From a virus: a stretch of 64,000 bases of DNA. Made by a program: the position numbers and the translations under genes. The stretch covers positions 64,001-128,000 of IMG/VR virus record IMGVR_UViG_3300031823_000001; one strand, 5' to 3'. Positions 55,313 to 64,000 of the stretch are shown here, piece by piece. Under the pieces are notes generated by a model. It had not been told where the DNA came from and made no database searches. It saw only the letters and a program-made list of their open reading frames with translations. How positions within the stretch are numbered: position 1 is the stretch's first letter; each line of letters begins with the position of its first letter.

Positions 55313-56238
55313 ACGGCCCGTTCGCCTTCCGTGGCCCTGACGGGGAGATCGACCTGGAGGAGGCCCTCGGGCCGCACCTCCGGCACTACGTCGCGGTCAT
55401 GGTGTCGGGCGCGAACGGGTCGAGAGCGCAGGTCCTGGCCATCGGCCGCACCGAGACGCCGCACGGGACCCTGCTCCGCCAGGGGTTCGGCCGCCCTGTC
55501 CGGGCGTCCTCGTGCGGCGAGGTTGTCCGGCAGCCGCAGTGGTCGTGGGACGTCTGCGCTTACTACCTGCTCCTCGGAGTCCGCTGGACGGCGGCCAAGC
55601 GGGAAATCCGCCTCGCCTACAAGGCACTGTGGAAGCGGTCGGGCGGCGTGCAGGACGAGCGGCTCACCTACGCGGTCTCCCAGCTCACCGACGACCGGGT
55701 GCGCCGCGCCTACGACCTGGTGCCGCTCGGGGGCGTCTTCCTGCGCGACCGGGACACCGCCGAGCGGCTCAAGAAGGCTGCGGTCGCCGAGGCGGTCCGC
55801 CGGATGACCGAGGAGGGCGAGGAGTTCACCGCCGACGAGGTGCTGGAGGAGATGGGGCTCCGCAACGAGCCGGCGCCCCCGCAGAGCGCGAAGCCGCCGG
55901 AAGAGGCGCCGCCGGGGCGCCAGGAGCCACCGGAGAGCCGCTGGGGACTGGCGTGGGGTCATTACCTGCTGTCCGGCCCCCAGGGCCCCCCGCAGGCTGA
56001 CGCGGCTCTCCTGGAGGCCTGGCAGGGCCTGGTCGCCGCCGCGCTGCGCGAGCGCGGGATCAGCACCGGCTTCGCCGTCGGAGTCGGCTTCGGCGACACC
56101 CCTAAAGTGTTGCGCGATATCAATGAACCCTGTATCTTCGTGATGACAGAAAAAGGGGCTAGCCCGGATAAGGCGAGAGACGCCGTGGAAATGGGCATAT
56201 CCCTTGGCTACGTCGGAAACAACGCAGGAGGGAATTAA
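55309..56238 (+). CDS. J-domain-like protein (no HPD)
   Basis: YYLLLGV..AAKREIRLAY..LTD..RRAYD. Confidence 0.7.
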   Translation: MNGPFAFRGPDGEIDLEEALGPHLRHYVAVMVSGANGSRAQVLAIGRTETPHGTLLRQGFGRPVRASSCGEVVRQPQWSWDVCAYYLLLGVRWTAAKREIRLAYKALWKRSGGVQDERLTYAVSQLTDDRVRRAYDLVPLGGVFLRDRDTAERLKKAAVAEAVRRMTEEGEEFTADEVLEEMGLRNEPAPPQSAKPPEEAPPGRQEPPESRWGLAWGHYLLSGPQGPPQADAALLEAWQGLVAAALRERGISTGFAVGVGFGDTPKVLRDINEPCIFVMTEKGASPDKARDAVEMGISLGYVGNNAGGN

Positions 56239-56240
56239 CA

Positions 56241-57209
56241 GTGCCGAATTATTCAAAGGGCACCAAGAAGGCGGAGGAAGTCGCCGAGGAGAACCGTTCC
56301 TCGGGCTTCTACCGGGTCAAGACGATGATCATGAAGGCCGGCGAAGGGCCGTGGTATCTCCGGCTCCTCACCGACCTGGACGAGATGACGTCGGCCGACA
56401 CCCACATGTTCTGCGATACCAAGCCCAAGCCTCCGGAGTTCAAGGGCGACAACTGGCCGAAGGCCATGCCGGCGGTCTGCCGGAACGACCGGATGTTCCG
56501 CGTCCTCGACGCGGACGGGCGGCCCACCGACCAGTTCGAAGAGGACGAGGAGGGCGGCGGCACCTACGGCGACTGCTACATCCACGACCGTGACCGGGGC
56601 AAGGTCCGCGAGGGCAAGTTCAAGCGGGACAAGTCCGTTCCCGACTGGCAGACCTACAGTCTGGCCGTCGTCCGCGAGCCCATCCTCGACCCGGTGAGCA
56701 AGCGCCCGATCGGCTACCGGGACGCCGAAGACGAGTTCAAGATGCCCGACGGGTCGATCAAGAAGATCCCCCGGCTGGTCATCGTCTCCCAGAAGCACCG
56801 CAACTTCTGGAGCGGCGTCGAGGCCGCGCTGTTCGAGGGCGGCCCTCTCGGCGCCCGCGACATCAGGATCACCCGCAAGGAGAACGACTACAGCTTCGGC
56901 GTGTCGTCCCCCGATCCGAAGCTGTACCCGGGGTCGGACGCGTGGAAGCGCTACACCGAGGCCATCGAGCTGGTCGGGTTCGACCTGGACGAGCACATCC
57001 TCGAACTGGCTAGCAAGGACTGGTACGACCGCTGGTTCGTCGAGGGCGCGGTCCCGAAGGACGGCTACGCCCGGTCCGAGGACACCACCGAGGAAGCCTC
57101 CGACGCCGTCGCCGGGACAGAGGCAGCCGAGAAGATCGACCCGGAGAGGGTGGACGTCTTCGCCGAGCAGCTCAGGTCGGCCCGCTCGACGGCCGCCGCC
57201 TCAGCCTGA
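56241..57209 (+). CDS. Putative ssDNA-binding protein
   Basis: LRLLTD, H/C ligands, acidic tail, directly before DnaE. Confidence 0.6.
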   Translation: MPNYSKGTKKAEEVAEENRSSGFYRVKTMIMKAGEGPWYLRLLTDLDEMTSADTHMFCDTKPKPPEFKGDNWPKAMPAVCRNDRMFRVLDADGRPTDQFEEDEEGGGTYGDCYIHDRDRGKVREGKFKRDKSVPDWQTYSLAVVREPILDPVSKRPIGYRDAEDEFKMPDGSIKKIPRLVIVSQKHRNFWSGVEAALFEGGPLGARDIRITRKENDYSFGVSSPDPKLYPGSDAWKRYTEAIELVGFDLDEHILELASKDWYDRWFVEGAVPKDGYARSEDTTEEASDAVAGTEAAEKIDPERVDVFAEQLRSARSTAAASA

Positions 57210-57217
57210 CCGTCCCC

Positions 57218-57262
57218 GGAACCCCGGCCCGCGACCTCGCACCTGTCGCGGGCCGGGGTTTC
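57218..57262 (+). terminator. Hairpin terminator/attenuator
   Basis: AACCCCGGCCCGCGAC..GTCGCGGGCCGGGGTT. Confidence 0.7.
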
Positions 57263-57278
57263 TGGTCCTGGAGGAACG

Positions 57279-60200
57279 ATGGCCTTCGCTGACCTGCACG
57301 TCCACTCCGAGTACTCCGTCCTCGACGGCCTGAGCACCACCGCCGAGATCGCCCGCCGGGTCGCCGAGAACGGCGGCACCGCCGCAGCCCTGACCGACCA
57401 CGGGGGCTGCTTCGGTCATGTCCAGTGGCAGCGCGACGCCGATGCCGCCGGGATCAAGCCAGTCTTCGGGATCGAGACTTACTTCCGCCCCGACCGGCTG
57501 GCGCGTCCCGCCGAGGGCGACAAGGAGGCGCAGAAGCGCCTTGTCAACGGCGACCACCTGATTCTCCTCGCCCAGGGAGACAAGGGGCTGCACGACCTGT
57601 GGGCGGCTTCCACCGAGGCGTACGTCTCCGGCTTCTACGGCCGCCCCCGGATGGACTGGGCCCTGCTGGAGGAGTTCGGCTCCGACCTGATCTGCACGAC
57701 CTCCTGCCTCAGCGGCATCATCGCCGACGACATAAAGCACGGCCGGGTGAACCAGGTGATCACCGCGCTCGACCGGCTCAAGTCGATCTTCGGGGACCGG
57801 CTGTTCCTGGAGATCCAGGGCAACGAGCTGGCTGAGCAGAGGTACATGAACAAGGCGCTCGCCGAGGTCAGCGAGATCATGGGCATCCCCGTGATCGCCA
57901 CGAGCGACGCCCATTACCCGGGCGCAGCGGAGAAGGACCTGCACCGGACCTGGATGGCCTGCCAGTCGGGCAAGCGCAACGACGACTACTGGCACTTCTC
58001 CGGGATGCTGGCGGAGGACCAGCTCCGGGGGTTCCTCGGCTACCTGGACCCGAAGGTAGTCGATAAGGCCGTCTGGAACACCAGCGAGATCGCCGCCCGC
58101 TGCACTGCCCGCATCGGCGGCCACGCCGAGCCGCCGGTATTCACCCCCGGCGGCACCCCTGAAGACGACGCCCGCGCGCTGCGCGCGATGTGCGAGGCCA
58201 ACCGGGGGCTGGTGGACCACCTGGGCCGCGAGTACCGCGACCGCGAAGACCGCGAGTTCGAGGTGGTCACCGGGAAGGGCCTGGCCGGCTGTTACCTGAT
58301 CGTCGAGGACCTTATCCGGTTCGCCCGCAGCCAGGGGCGCCTCGTCGGACCGGGGCGCGGGTCGGCTGCCGGGTCGCTCATGAGCTACCTGCTGGGCATC
58401 ACGAGCGTTGACCCGATCAAGACCGGGCTGCTGTTCGAGCGGTTCCTCACGAAGGGCCGGGAGGCCCTCCCGGACTTCGACCTGGACTTCGCCTCCAGCG
58501 CCCGCGCCCCGATCCAGGACTACGCCGTGAGCAAGTACGGCGCCGACCACGTCGTCCGCGTCGGAACCATCATGCGGTACGGCGCCAAGGGCATCCTCAA
58601 CAAGCTGCTGTCGATTGAGGCAGATCGTTACCGCACCCTGAATACCGGCCCTTACGGGGACGCGGGCGGTCAGCGCCAGGCACTTGCCGACCAGTGCAAG
58701 GCCGATGCATCCGTCATCGGGAAGATCGTCGACCAGGCGGAGGCGGGCACCGCAGGCCTGGGACTCCCCTGGGAAGAGATCATGCAGGACCCGGAGATCG
58801 CTGAGTACCGGGAGAAGTACCCGCAGGTCTTCGCGACCGCCGAGCGGCTCCAGGGCCGCGTCTACGCCCAGGGCCAGCACCCGGCCGGGCTGATCATCTC
58901 CCCGGGCCGCGTGCTGACCGGGGCGATGCCGATGCGGCATGCCAAGCCGGGCGACAAGCTGCTGGTCTCCCAGTGGGACTACCGTGCGGCCGAGGACCTC
59001 AATCTGCTGAAGCTCGACATCCTGACTCTGCGCACACTGGATACGGCGGAGACGGCCGTCAGGCTGGTGGAGGAGCGCACCGGCATCCGGCTCGACCCGC
59101 GCTCCTGGGACATCGAGCATCTCGACCCCCAGGTCTACGACGCCGTGGACACGGGGCAGACGCTGGGCGTCTTCCAGCTTGAGACGCGGCTGTGCTCCGA
59201 CTACGCCCGCCGCATGAGGCCGCGCACCCTCGCCCACCTCGCCGACCTGACCACCTTCATCCGCCCGGGGCCGCGCAACTCCGGCGCGACGGAGAAGTAC
59301 CTGGCCCGGTTCCTGGGGACCGAGGAGGTGGAGTACGCGCACCCGCTGCTGAAGGAGCTGCTGAGCAGCACCTACGGGGTGATGCTGTACCAGGAGCAGG
59401 TGATGCTGGCCTGCATGATCCTGGCCGGGTACTCCGAGCTGGAAGCCGACGGGGTGCGCAAGATCCTCGGCAAGAAGCTGGTGTCCAAGATCGAGGCGGC
59501 CGGGCAGGAGTTCATCCGCCGGGCGGTAGAGCGCGGCCACGACGAGGAGCAGATGACTGCCCTGTGGGCGGACATGGCGGAGTTCGGCCGTTATGCCTTC
59601 AACAAGGCACACGGCTACTCCTACGGGGTGCTCAGCTACTGGACTGCGTGGCTGAAGGAGCACTACCCGGCGGAGTTCCTCACCGCCGTCATGTCCACGG
59701 TGGACATGGACCGGCTGCCGGAGTTCGCCATGGAGGCGCGCCGGATCGGCCTGACGGTGCTGCCGCCGGACGTCTCCTGCTGCCAGGGCGGGTTCACCTG
59801 CCAGGGGATCACCGTCCGCTACGGGCTGCTGGCTATCCCCACGGTGGGGGAGGCGGCGGTGAGGACGATCGTCCGCGCCCAGCCGTACAGCTCCTACGCC
59901 GACTTCCTGGCCCGCTCGGGGGCGAACGCGGGGGTGACTTACGCCCTGGCGAAGGCGGGCGCGCTGGACAGCCTGGTGCCCAGCCGCAAGGGCCTGGTGC
60001 GGGTAATCGAGTCCGACCGGGACGGGACCTCGGTGCGGTGCGTGCACAAGACCGACGAGGCGGCGGGCCCCGGCGGCCTGCCGTGCGGATTCGGCTGGGA
60101 GGCCGACCAGCGGGAGCAGGAGGAGCAGCACGCGCGGCTGATGGCCCCGCGCCTCGCCGACGGCAGGAAGGCGCTGAAGCTCGCCGTCAAGCCGCCTCCG

Positions 60201-60695
60201 GCCCGGTGCACCAGAGCGTGCCGCCGCTACACCCCGCCGTCGCTGCCGGGCATGGCGGCGTGGGGCGAGTACCCGCCGGACGCCCTGTTCCGGGCTGACA
60301 TGGAGGTCTACGGCACCTGGATGACGGAGGCGGTTTTCGCGCAGCTCGACACCCTGTCTGAGGGCCTGCGCGAGCAGGCGCGGGAGATGGGCCGGCTGCT
60401 GGTGACCGCCGCGCCGGGGACCTACCCGGCGGCGGCCGTGTTCGCCGGCGCCCGCAGCGCCGTCACCAGGACCGGGAGCACGATGTGGTGGGTGCGGCTG
60501 CTCACCGAGGCGAGCGTGCTCGACCTGGCGTGCTTCTCCCCGCGCCGGGAGGAGGACCTGGACGTGCCGGGGATGGTCCGGCGGCTGCGGCAGGGGACCC
60601 TGGTGCAGGCCGAGGTGAAGAAGCGCTCGTACATGAGCAGGTCCGGTCCCCGGATGGGATGGAACCTGACGGCTGTCTACCCGCTGGGAGGATAA
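57279..60695 (+). CDS. dnaE: DNA polymerase III alpha subunit
   Basis: LHVHSEYSVLDG, GRGSAAGS, PDFDLDF, KLDIL, YQEQ, FNKAH. Confidence 0.96.
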   Translation: MAFADLHVHSEYSVLDGLSTTAEIARRVAENGGTAAALTDHGGCFGHVQWQRDADAAGIKPVFGIETYFRPDRLARPAEGDKEAQKRLVNGDHLILLAQGDKGLHDLWAASTEAYVSGFYGRPRMDWALLEEFGSDLICTTSCLSGIIADDIKHGRVNQVITALDRLKSIFGDRLFLEIQGNELAEQRYMNKALAEVSEIMGIPVIATSDAHYPGAAEKDLHRTWMACQSGKRNDDYWHFSGMLAEDQLRGFLGYLDPKVVDKAVWNTSEIAARCTARIGGHAEPPVFTPGGTPEDDARALRAMCEANRGLVDHLGREYRDREDREFEVVTGKGLAGCYLIVEDLIRFARSQGRLVGPGRGSAAGSLMSYLLGITSVDPIKTGLLFERFLTKGREALPDFDLDFASSARAPIQDYAVSKYGADHVVRVGTIMRYGAKGILNKLLSIEADRYRTLNTGPYGDAGGQRQALADQCKADASVIGKIVDQAEAGTAGLGLPWEEIMQDPEIAEYREKYPQVFATAERLQGRVYAQGQHPAGLIISPGRVLTGAMPMRHAKPGDKLLVSQWDYRAAEDLNLLKLDILTLRTLDTAETAVRLVEERTGIRLDPRSWDIEHLDPQVYDAVDTGQTLGVFQLETRLCSDYARRMRPRTLAHLADLTTFIRPGPRNSGATEKYLARFLGTEEVEYAHPLLKELLSSTYGVMLYQEQVMLACMILAGYSELEADGVRKILGKKLVSKIEAAGQEFIRRAVERGHDEEQMTALWADMAEFGRYAFNKAHGYSYGVLSYWTAWLKEHYPAEFLTAVMSTVDMDRLPEFAMEARRIGLTVLPPDVSCCQGGFTCQGITVRYGLLAIPTVGEAAVRTIVRAQPYSSYADFLARSGANAGVTYALAKAGALDSLVPSRKGLVRVIESDRDGTSVRCVHKTDEAAGPGGLPCGFGWEADQREQEEQHARLMAPRLADGRKALKLAVKPPPARCTRACRRYTPPSLPGMAAWGEYPPDALFRADMEVYGTWMTEAVFAQLDTLSEGLREQAREMGRLLVTAAPGTYPAAAVFAGARSAVTRTGSTMWWVRLLTEASVLDLACFSPRREEDLDVPGMVRRLRQGTLVQAEVKKRSYMSRSGPRMGWNLTAVYPLGG

Positions 60696-60734
60696 AAGCG
60701 ATACAATCTTTCCAGATAAAAAGAAAGGACGAGA

Positions 60735-61838
60735 ATGCCTCCTAAGCCGCCGCCGGTAGGAACGTCGAAAGCTAAGTCCCTCAGAGGCTTCGCCCTGGAA
60801 ATGCAGTCCCGTTACGGGCAGAAGCGGATTGCCAACGGGCCGCCGCCGGTCATCGTCCCTACCGGGTCCCTGAACCTGGACCGGGCACTGCGAGTCGGCG
60901 GCTGGCAGCTCGGCCGCGTGTACGAGATCGTCGGCCCCAAGGACTCGGGCAAGTCCAGCCTGGTGATCGCCTCCATGGTCAGCTTCCTGGAGGCATTCCC
61001 CGACAAGGGAGCCGGCTACGTCAACATCGAGAACACCTTCGACCCGGACCGGGCGACTGAGATGGGACTGGACTGCTCGGACGAGGCCATCGCGAGCGGC
61101 CGGTGGGCGCCCCTGCTCCCGGCTAATACCGAGGAGGCCAGCGACATGGCGCGGGACTACTGCGCCAGCGGTTTCTACTCGGTGCTCGTAGTTGACTCGG
61201 TCGGCGGAATGGAGTCCCAGCGCGTCCTGGACAAGAGCGCCGCCGAGGACACGATGGGCAAGAACGCCCAGGTCATCACCAAGATGACCAAGCACCTGTC
61301 CACTCTGGCGCGGCTTAACCAGTGCACCGTCCTGCTGGTCAACCAGCAGCGGGCCAATTTCTCCTCCTACGGCGGACCGCAGTCGGCCGGCCCGATGGCG
61401 ATGCAGTACTCCACCACCGCGAAAGTCGAGATGTCGATGCGGGCGTCCGCCGACAACGGCGACATCCGGAAGCTGAAGCTGCCGGGCGACGACGAGCCCG
61501 TGGCGGTCAGCCAGCGGCACGTGGCCAGGATCACCAGGGCGAAGAACACCCTGGCGGGCGGCCGGACAGCGCAGCTATTCATCAACAAGGTCGGCACGGA
61601 GCAGTACGGGCCGCCGGGGATCGACTACTCCGACGAGTACCTCACGATCGGCTCGGCTCAGGGAGTCGTTAAGGCCTCCGGGGCCTGGTACACGTTCCCG
61701 GACGGCGGCCGGGCCAACGGCCGTGACAAGGGCGCGGCTTACCTGCGGGAGCACCCGGAGGTCATGAAGCAAGTCCGGGAGGCCATCGACTTCGATGCCC
61801 CGGTAGAAGAGCTAGAAGGAGCGACGGATGCCAGCTAA
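60735..61838 (+). CDS. recA: RecA/UvsX-like recombinase
   Basis: TGSLNLDRAL, GPKDSGKS, VVDSV, VNQ. Confidence 0.92.
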   Translation: MPPKPPPVGTSKAKSLRGFALEMQSRYGQKRIANGPPPVIVPTGSLNLDRALRVGGWQLGRVYEIVGPKDSGKSSLVIASMVSFLEAFPDKGAGYVNIENTFDPDRATEMGLDCSDEAIASGRWAPLLPANTEEASDMARDYCASGFYSVLVVDSVGGMESQRVLDKSAAEDTMGKNAQVITKMTKHLSTLARLNQCTVLLVNQQRANFSSYGGPQSAGPMAMQYSTTAKVEMSMRASADNGDIRKLKLPGDDEPVAVSQRHVARITRAKNTLAGGRTAQLFINKVGTEQYGPPGIDYSDEYLTIGSAQGVVKASGAWYTFPDGGRANGRDKGAAYLREHPEVMKQVREAIDFDAPVEELEGATDAS

Positions 61839-62682
61839 CCCGAGTACCGCCGAGATGGGGCGGCGTCACGTGGAGCGCGCAGCCGAGGCCCTCGGGTGCG
61901 TTCCCTCGTCCGGCAGCGGCAACAGGTGGCAGAACCCCGCCGACGGGCGTTCCCCGCACGACAAGCCCTACCCGCTTGCCCTGGAGGGCAAGTCCACCCG
62001 GGGCAAGTCGATCTCCGTCACCCTGGAAATGATCGCCAAGCTCCGCGAGCAGTCCCTGGGGGAGAACCCGGTGCTGCCGATGTGCTGGTACGGCACCGAC
62101 GACCTGACTGAGGTCCTGGAGGACTGGGCGGCGGTCCCGCTCGACTTCCTGGCCGAGGTCCTCGTTTCAGCCAGGAAGTTCGTGGAGCTGGAGACGGAGC
62201 TGGGCGACGTCACCCCGGAGCACATCAAGGCCCTTGTCCTGCGCGCCGGGCTGGTAGACGGCCTGCGCAAGAACCTCGCCGAGGCGCACGAGGCGCTGAC
62301 GGCAGCGGGGGAGGCTATCGCCTTGCGGAACCTGGACGTGCGGGACGCCGAGGCCGAGGTGGCCCGCCTGCGCGACCGGGAGGCCTACCCCAAGGAGCTG
62401 GCGCAGTGGGTGCCGAAGCTCCCGTGGACGGTCATCCGGATCTTCCCCGAAGACCAGCGGGGCAAGAGCGCCGACAACCCGGCCGGCGCCGCAGTCCATT
62501 ACGAGCCCGACGGGACCCAGCGGCTCTCCAAGGTCAGGCAGGTGCGCGTGCAGCGCTCGGCAGTCAACCGGCCGCAGGTCTTCGCGGACAACGTGCGGAT
62601 CAGGAACGCCGACGTGTTCGGCTCGGACGGCAGGCTCCTGGCCCGCTCCTGCGAAGACGACGAGTCGATCGAGGAGGGGTGA
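61828..62682 (+). CDS. PD-(D/E)XK resolvase-like protein with coiled-coil extension
   Basis: E..SGSG..DG..EGKST. Confidence 0.6.
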   Translation: MPANPSTAEMGRRHVERAAEALGCVPSSGSGNRWQNPADGRSPHDKPYPLALEGKSTRGKSISVTLEMIAKLREQSLGENPVLPMCWYGTDDLTEVLEDWAAVPLDFLAEVLVSARKFVELETELGDVTPEHIKALVLRAGLVDGLRKNLAEAHEALTAAGEAIALRNLDVRDAEAEVARLRDREAYPKELAQWVPKLPWTVIRIFPEDQRGKSADNPAGAAVHYEPDGTQRLSKVRQVRVQRSAVNRPQVFADNVRIRNADVFGSDGRLLARSCEDDESIEEG

Positions 62683-63452
62683 TGCCGCACCTGACCCGCC
62701 TGGCGGAGTTCTCCGCCCGGGGCACCCTGGTGAAGCCGCTGCTGCACCAGTTCGTCATGGACCCGAAGGCCGACGTGCCGCTCAACCTGCTGGTGCAGCG
62801 GCCGATGCCGCGCCAGCCGGACGGCCGCTTCCACGCCAGCCAGCATCCCCTGATGGACGAGTTCGAGCTGTACCTGTGGATGACCGGCCAGCTCCCGGAC
62901 AACGACACGTTCGACGAGTCCAGCTTCAATGTCCGGATGGCCGTCATGTTCGGCTCGCTCGCGCACGCCGTGATCGAGGCGTTCCTGGCCTGGACGGGGA
63001 AGGCGGTCCCGCTTCCGCAGGGGACCTGCGCGAGCTGCGGGCGGCCGTACCGGGCGCTGCACGCCCGCCCGGACCCGGTCAAGTACTGCACCGAGTTCGG
63101 GTTCGCGCACCCGCAGACGCGCTCCTCGGCTCACCTGGACGCCGTTCTCGACTTCGGCGACGGCCTGACCGGCTTCGACTTCAAGACCATCTGGCCGCTG
63201 GGCCTGAAGGGCGTCCGGGACATGGACACGGCCCAGTTCAGGGAGAAGTGGCCGAAGTACTGGGCGCAGGGCCAGGAGTGCATGCGGCTGAGCGGCCTGC
63301 GCCGGTACATCTTCCTGTTCATGACCATGGGCTCGCCGTGGGAGACCCGGGAGTTCCACCTGGACTTCGACCACGAGTTCGCGGTGGAGACCGAGGCGAA
63401 GTACCTGCGGGTCATCTCCCACATTGAGCGAGGGGTGCCGATCGTCGCATGA
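62682..63452 (+). CDS. Cas4/RecB-like PD-(D/E)XK exonuclease
   Basis: FHAS, GSLAH, HLDAV, DFKT, Y.AQ. Confidence 0.7.
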   Translation: MPHLTRLAEFSARGTLVKPLLHQFVMDPKADVPLNLLVQRPMPRQPDGRFHASQHPLMDEFELYLWMTGQLPDNDTFDESSFNVRMAVMFGSLAHAVIEAFLAWTGKAVPLPQGTCASCGRPYRALHARPDPVKYCTEFGFAHPQTRSSAHLDAVLDFGDGLTGFDFKTIWPLGLKGVRDMDTAQFREKWPKYWAQGQECMRLSGLRRYIFLFMTMGSPWETREFHLDFDHEFAVETEAKYLRVISHIERGVPIVA

Positions 63453-64000
63453 GCATCAGGACGTCATGCACGGGCGCCTCTGTCATCGAGCAGTCCCGGG
63501 TGCGGATCCGGCAGTCGAAGCCTGCTCCTGCTCGCCCTCCCTGGCACCCCCCGGCGCTGACCGACTTCCTGCCGGACCAGGCGGTCGTCGCCTTTGACGC
63601 CTCACTGGTGAACACCGGGTGGGCGGTGCTGATGCGCAACGGCGGCGGCTTTGACGTCCTGGGTCACGGGACGATCAGGCCGAAGACGGCCGCCGTCGGC
63701 TACATGGCTACCTGGGAGCGCGCCAGGCTGCTGGAGCAGGCCCTGTGGGATGAGGGCCTCGTGGTGCGCTTCATCCGCGCGGACAACATCCTGATGGCAG
63801 TGGAGGCTCCCTCGGTCGGCGGCGGCTACCGCACCGAGTCCAGCCTGGTCGCCGGGCTGACCGTATGGCGCCAGGCTCCCCGCAAGTGCCAGGTGGTCTC
63901 AGCGACGCACGTCAGTGCGGTGCTTCTCGGCGCCCCGGAGATCAAGAGCACCGAGCGCAAGTCGGCGATCAAAGAGGCGGTCTGCCGCTACGTGCCGGAG
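63449..64000 (+). CDS. ruvC: RuvC-like Holliday junction resolvase (3' truncated)
   Basis: VVAFDASLVNTGWAV..AVEAP. Confidence 0.75.
   Translation, partial: MSIRTSCTGASVIEQSRVRIRQSKPAPARPPWHPPALTDFLPDQAVVAFDASLVNTGWAVLMRNGGGFDVLGHGTIRPKTAAVGYMATWERARLLEQALWDEGLVVRFIRADNILMAVEAPSVGGGYRTESSLVAGLTVWRQAPRKCQVVSATHVSAVLLGAPEIKSTERKSAIKEAVCRYVPE

Noticed and set aside
58610-58725. Low-GC3 patch in dnaE as a third bypass or intein
   Set aside because: Stays in frame, no in-frame TTA, no intein termini
20653-61520. Very long alternate-frame/antisense ORFs (e.g. 28934-33034, 57201-61520, 45512-48127)
   Set aside because: Expected stop-poor shadow frames of high-GC3 genes

Overview
High-GC actinobacteriophage DNA with contractile-tail (myovirus) gene order resembling the Bxz1/E3-type large actinophages; a filamentous actinomycete host is inferred from BldC-, DivIVA- and TraB-like genes. 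Left to right: (1) 1-4800, the promoter-proximal part of a minus-strand tRNA array (23 tRNAs readable; continues off the left edge) interspersed with structured spacers, including circularly permuted and otherwise remodelled tRNA-like folds; (2) a BldC-like gene, an inverted pair of TGCA-rich repeat units and an AT-rich tract (candidate origin; a third unit sits right after the primase-helicase at 54.9 kb); (3) 6-35 kb tail/baseplate module (sheath, tube, chaperone with -1 slippery site, tape measure, hub, wedge, fibres) with inserted accessory genes (HIT, DUF4031, two HNH nucleases, Lsr2, Rpf-like); (4) DinG and SNF2 helicases, GH25 endolysin; (5) DivIVA-like gene plus a TraB(FtsK)/DUF2637 plasmid-transfer-like module; (6) replication/recombination genes (5'-3' exonuclease, primase-helicase, J-domain protein, SSB, DnaE, RecA, nucleases, RuvC). 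Strongest novel signal: two essential virion genes (tail tube, baseplate J) are each broken by a 7-8 nt insert that starts with the rare codon TTA and ends in a matched or near-matched landing codon, and each lies head-to-head with an HNH endonuclease gene, suggesting homing-nuclease plus micro ribosomal-bypass cassettes. All calls are by eye from motifs; no database searches were run.
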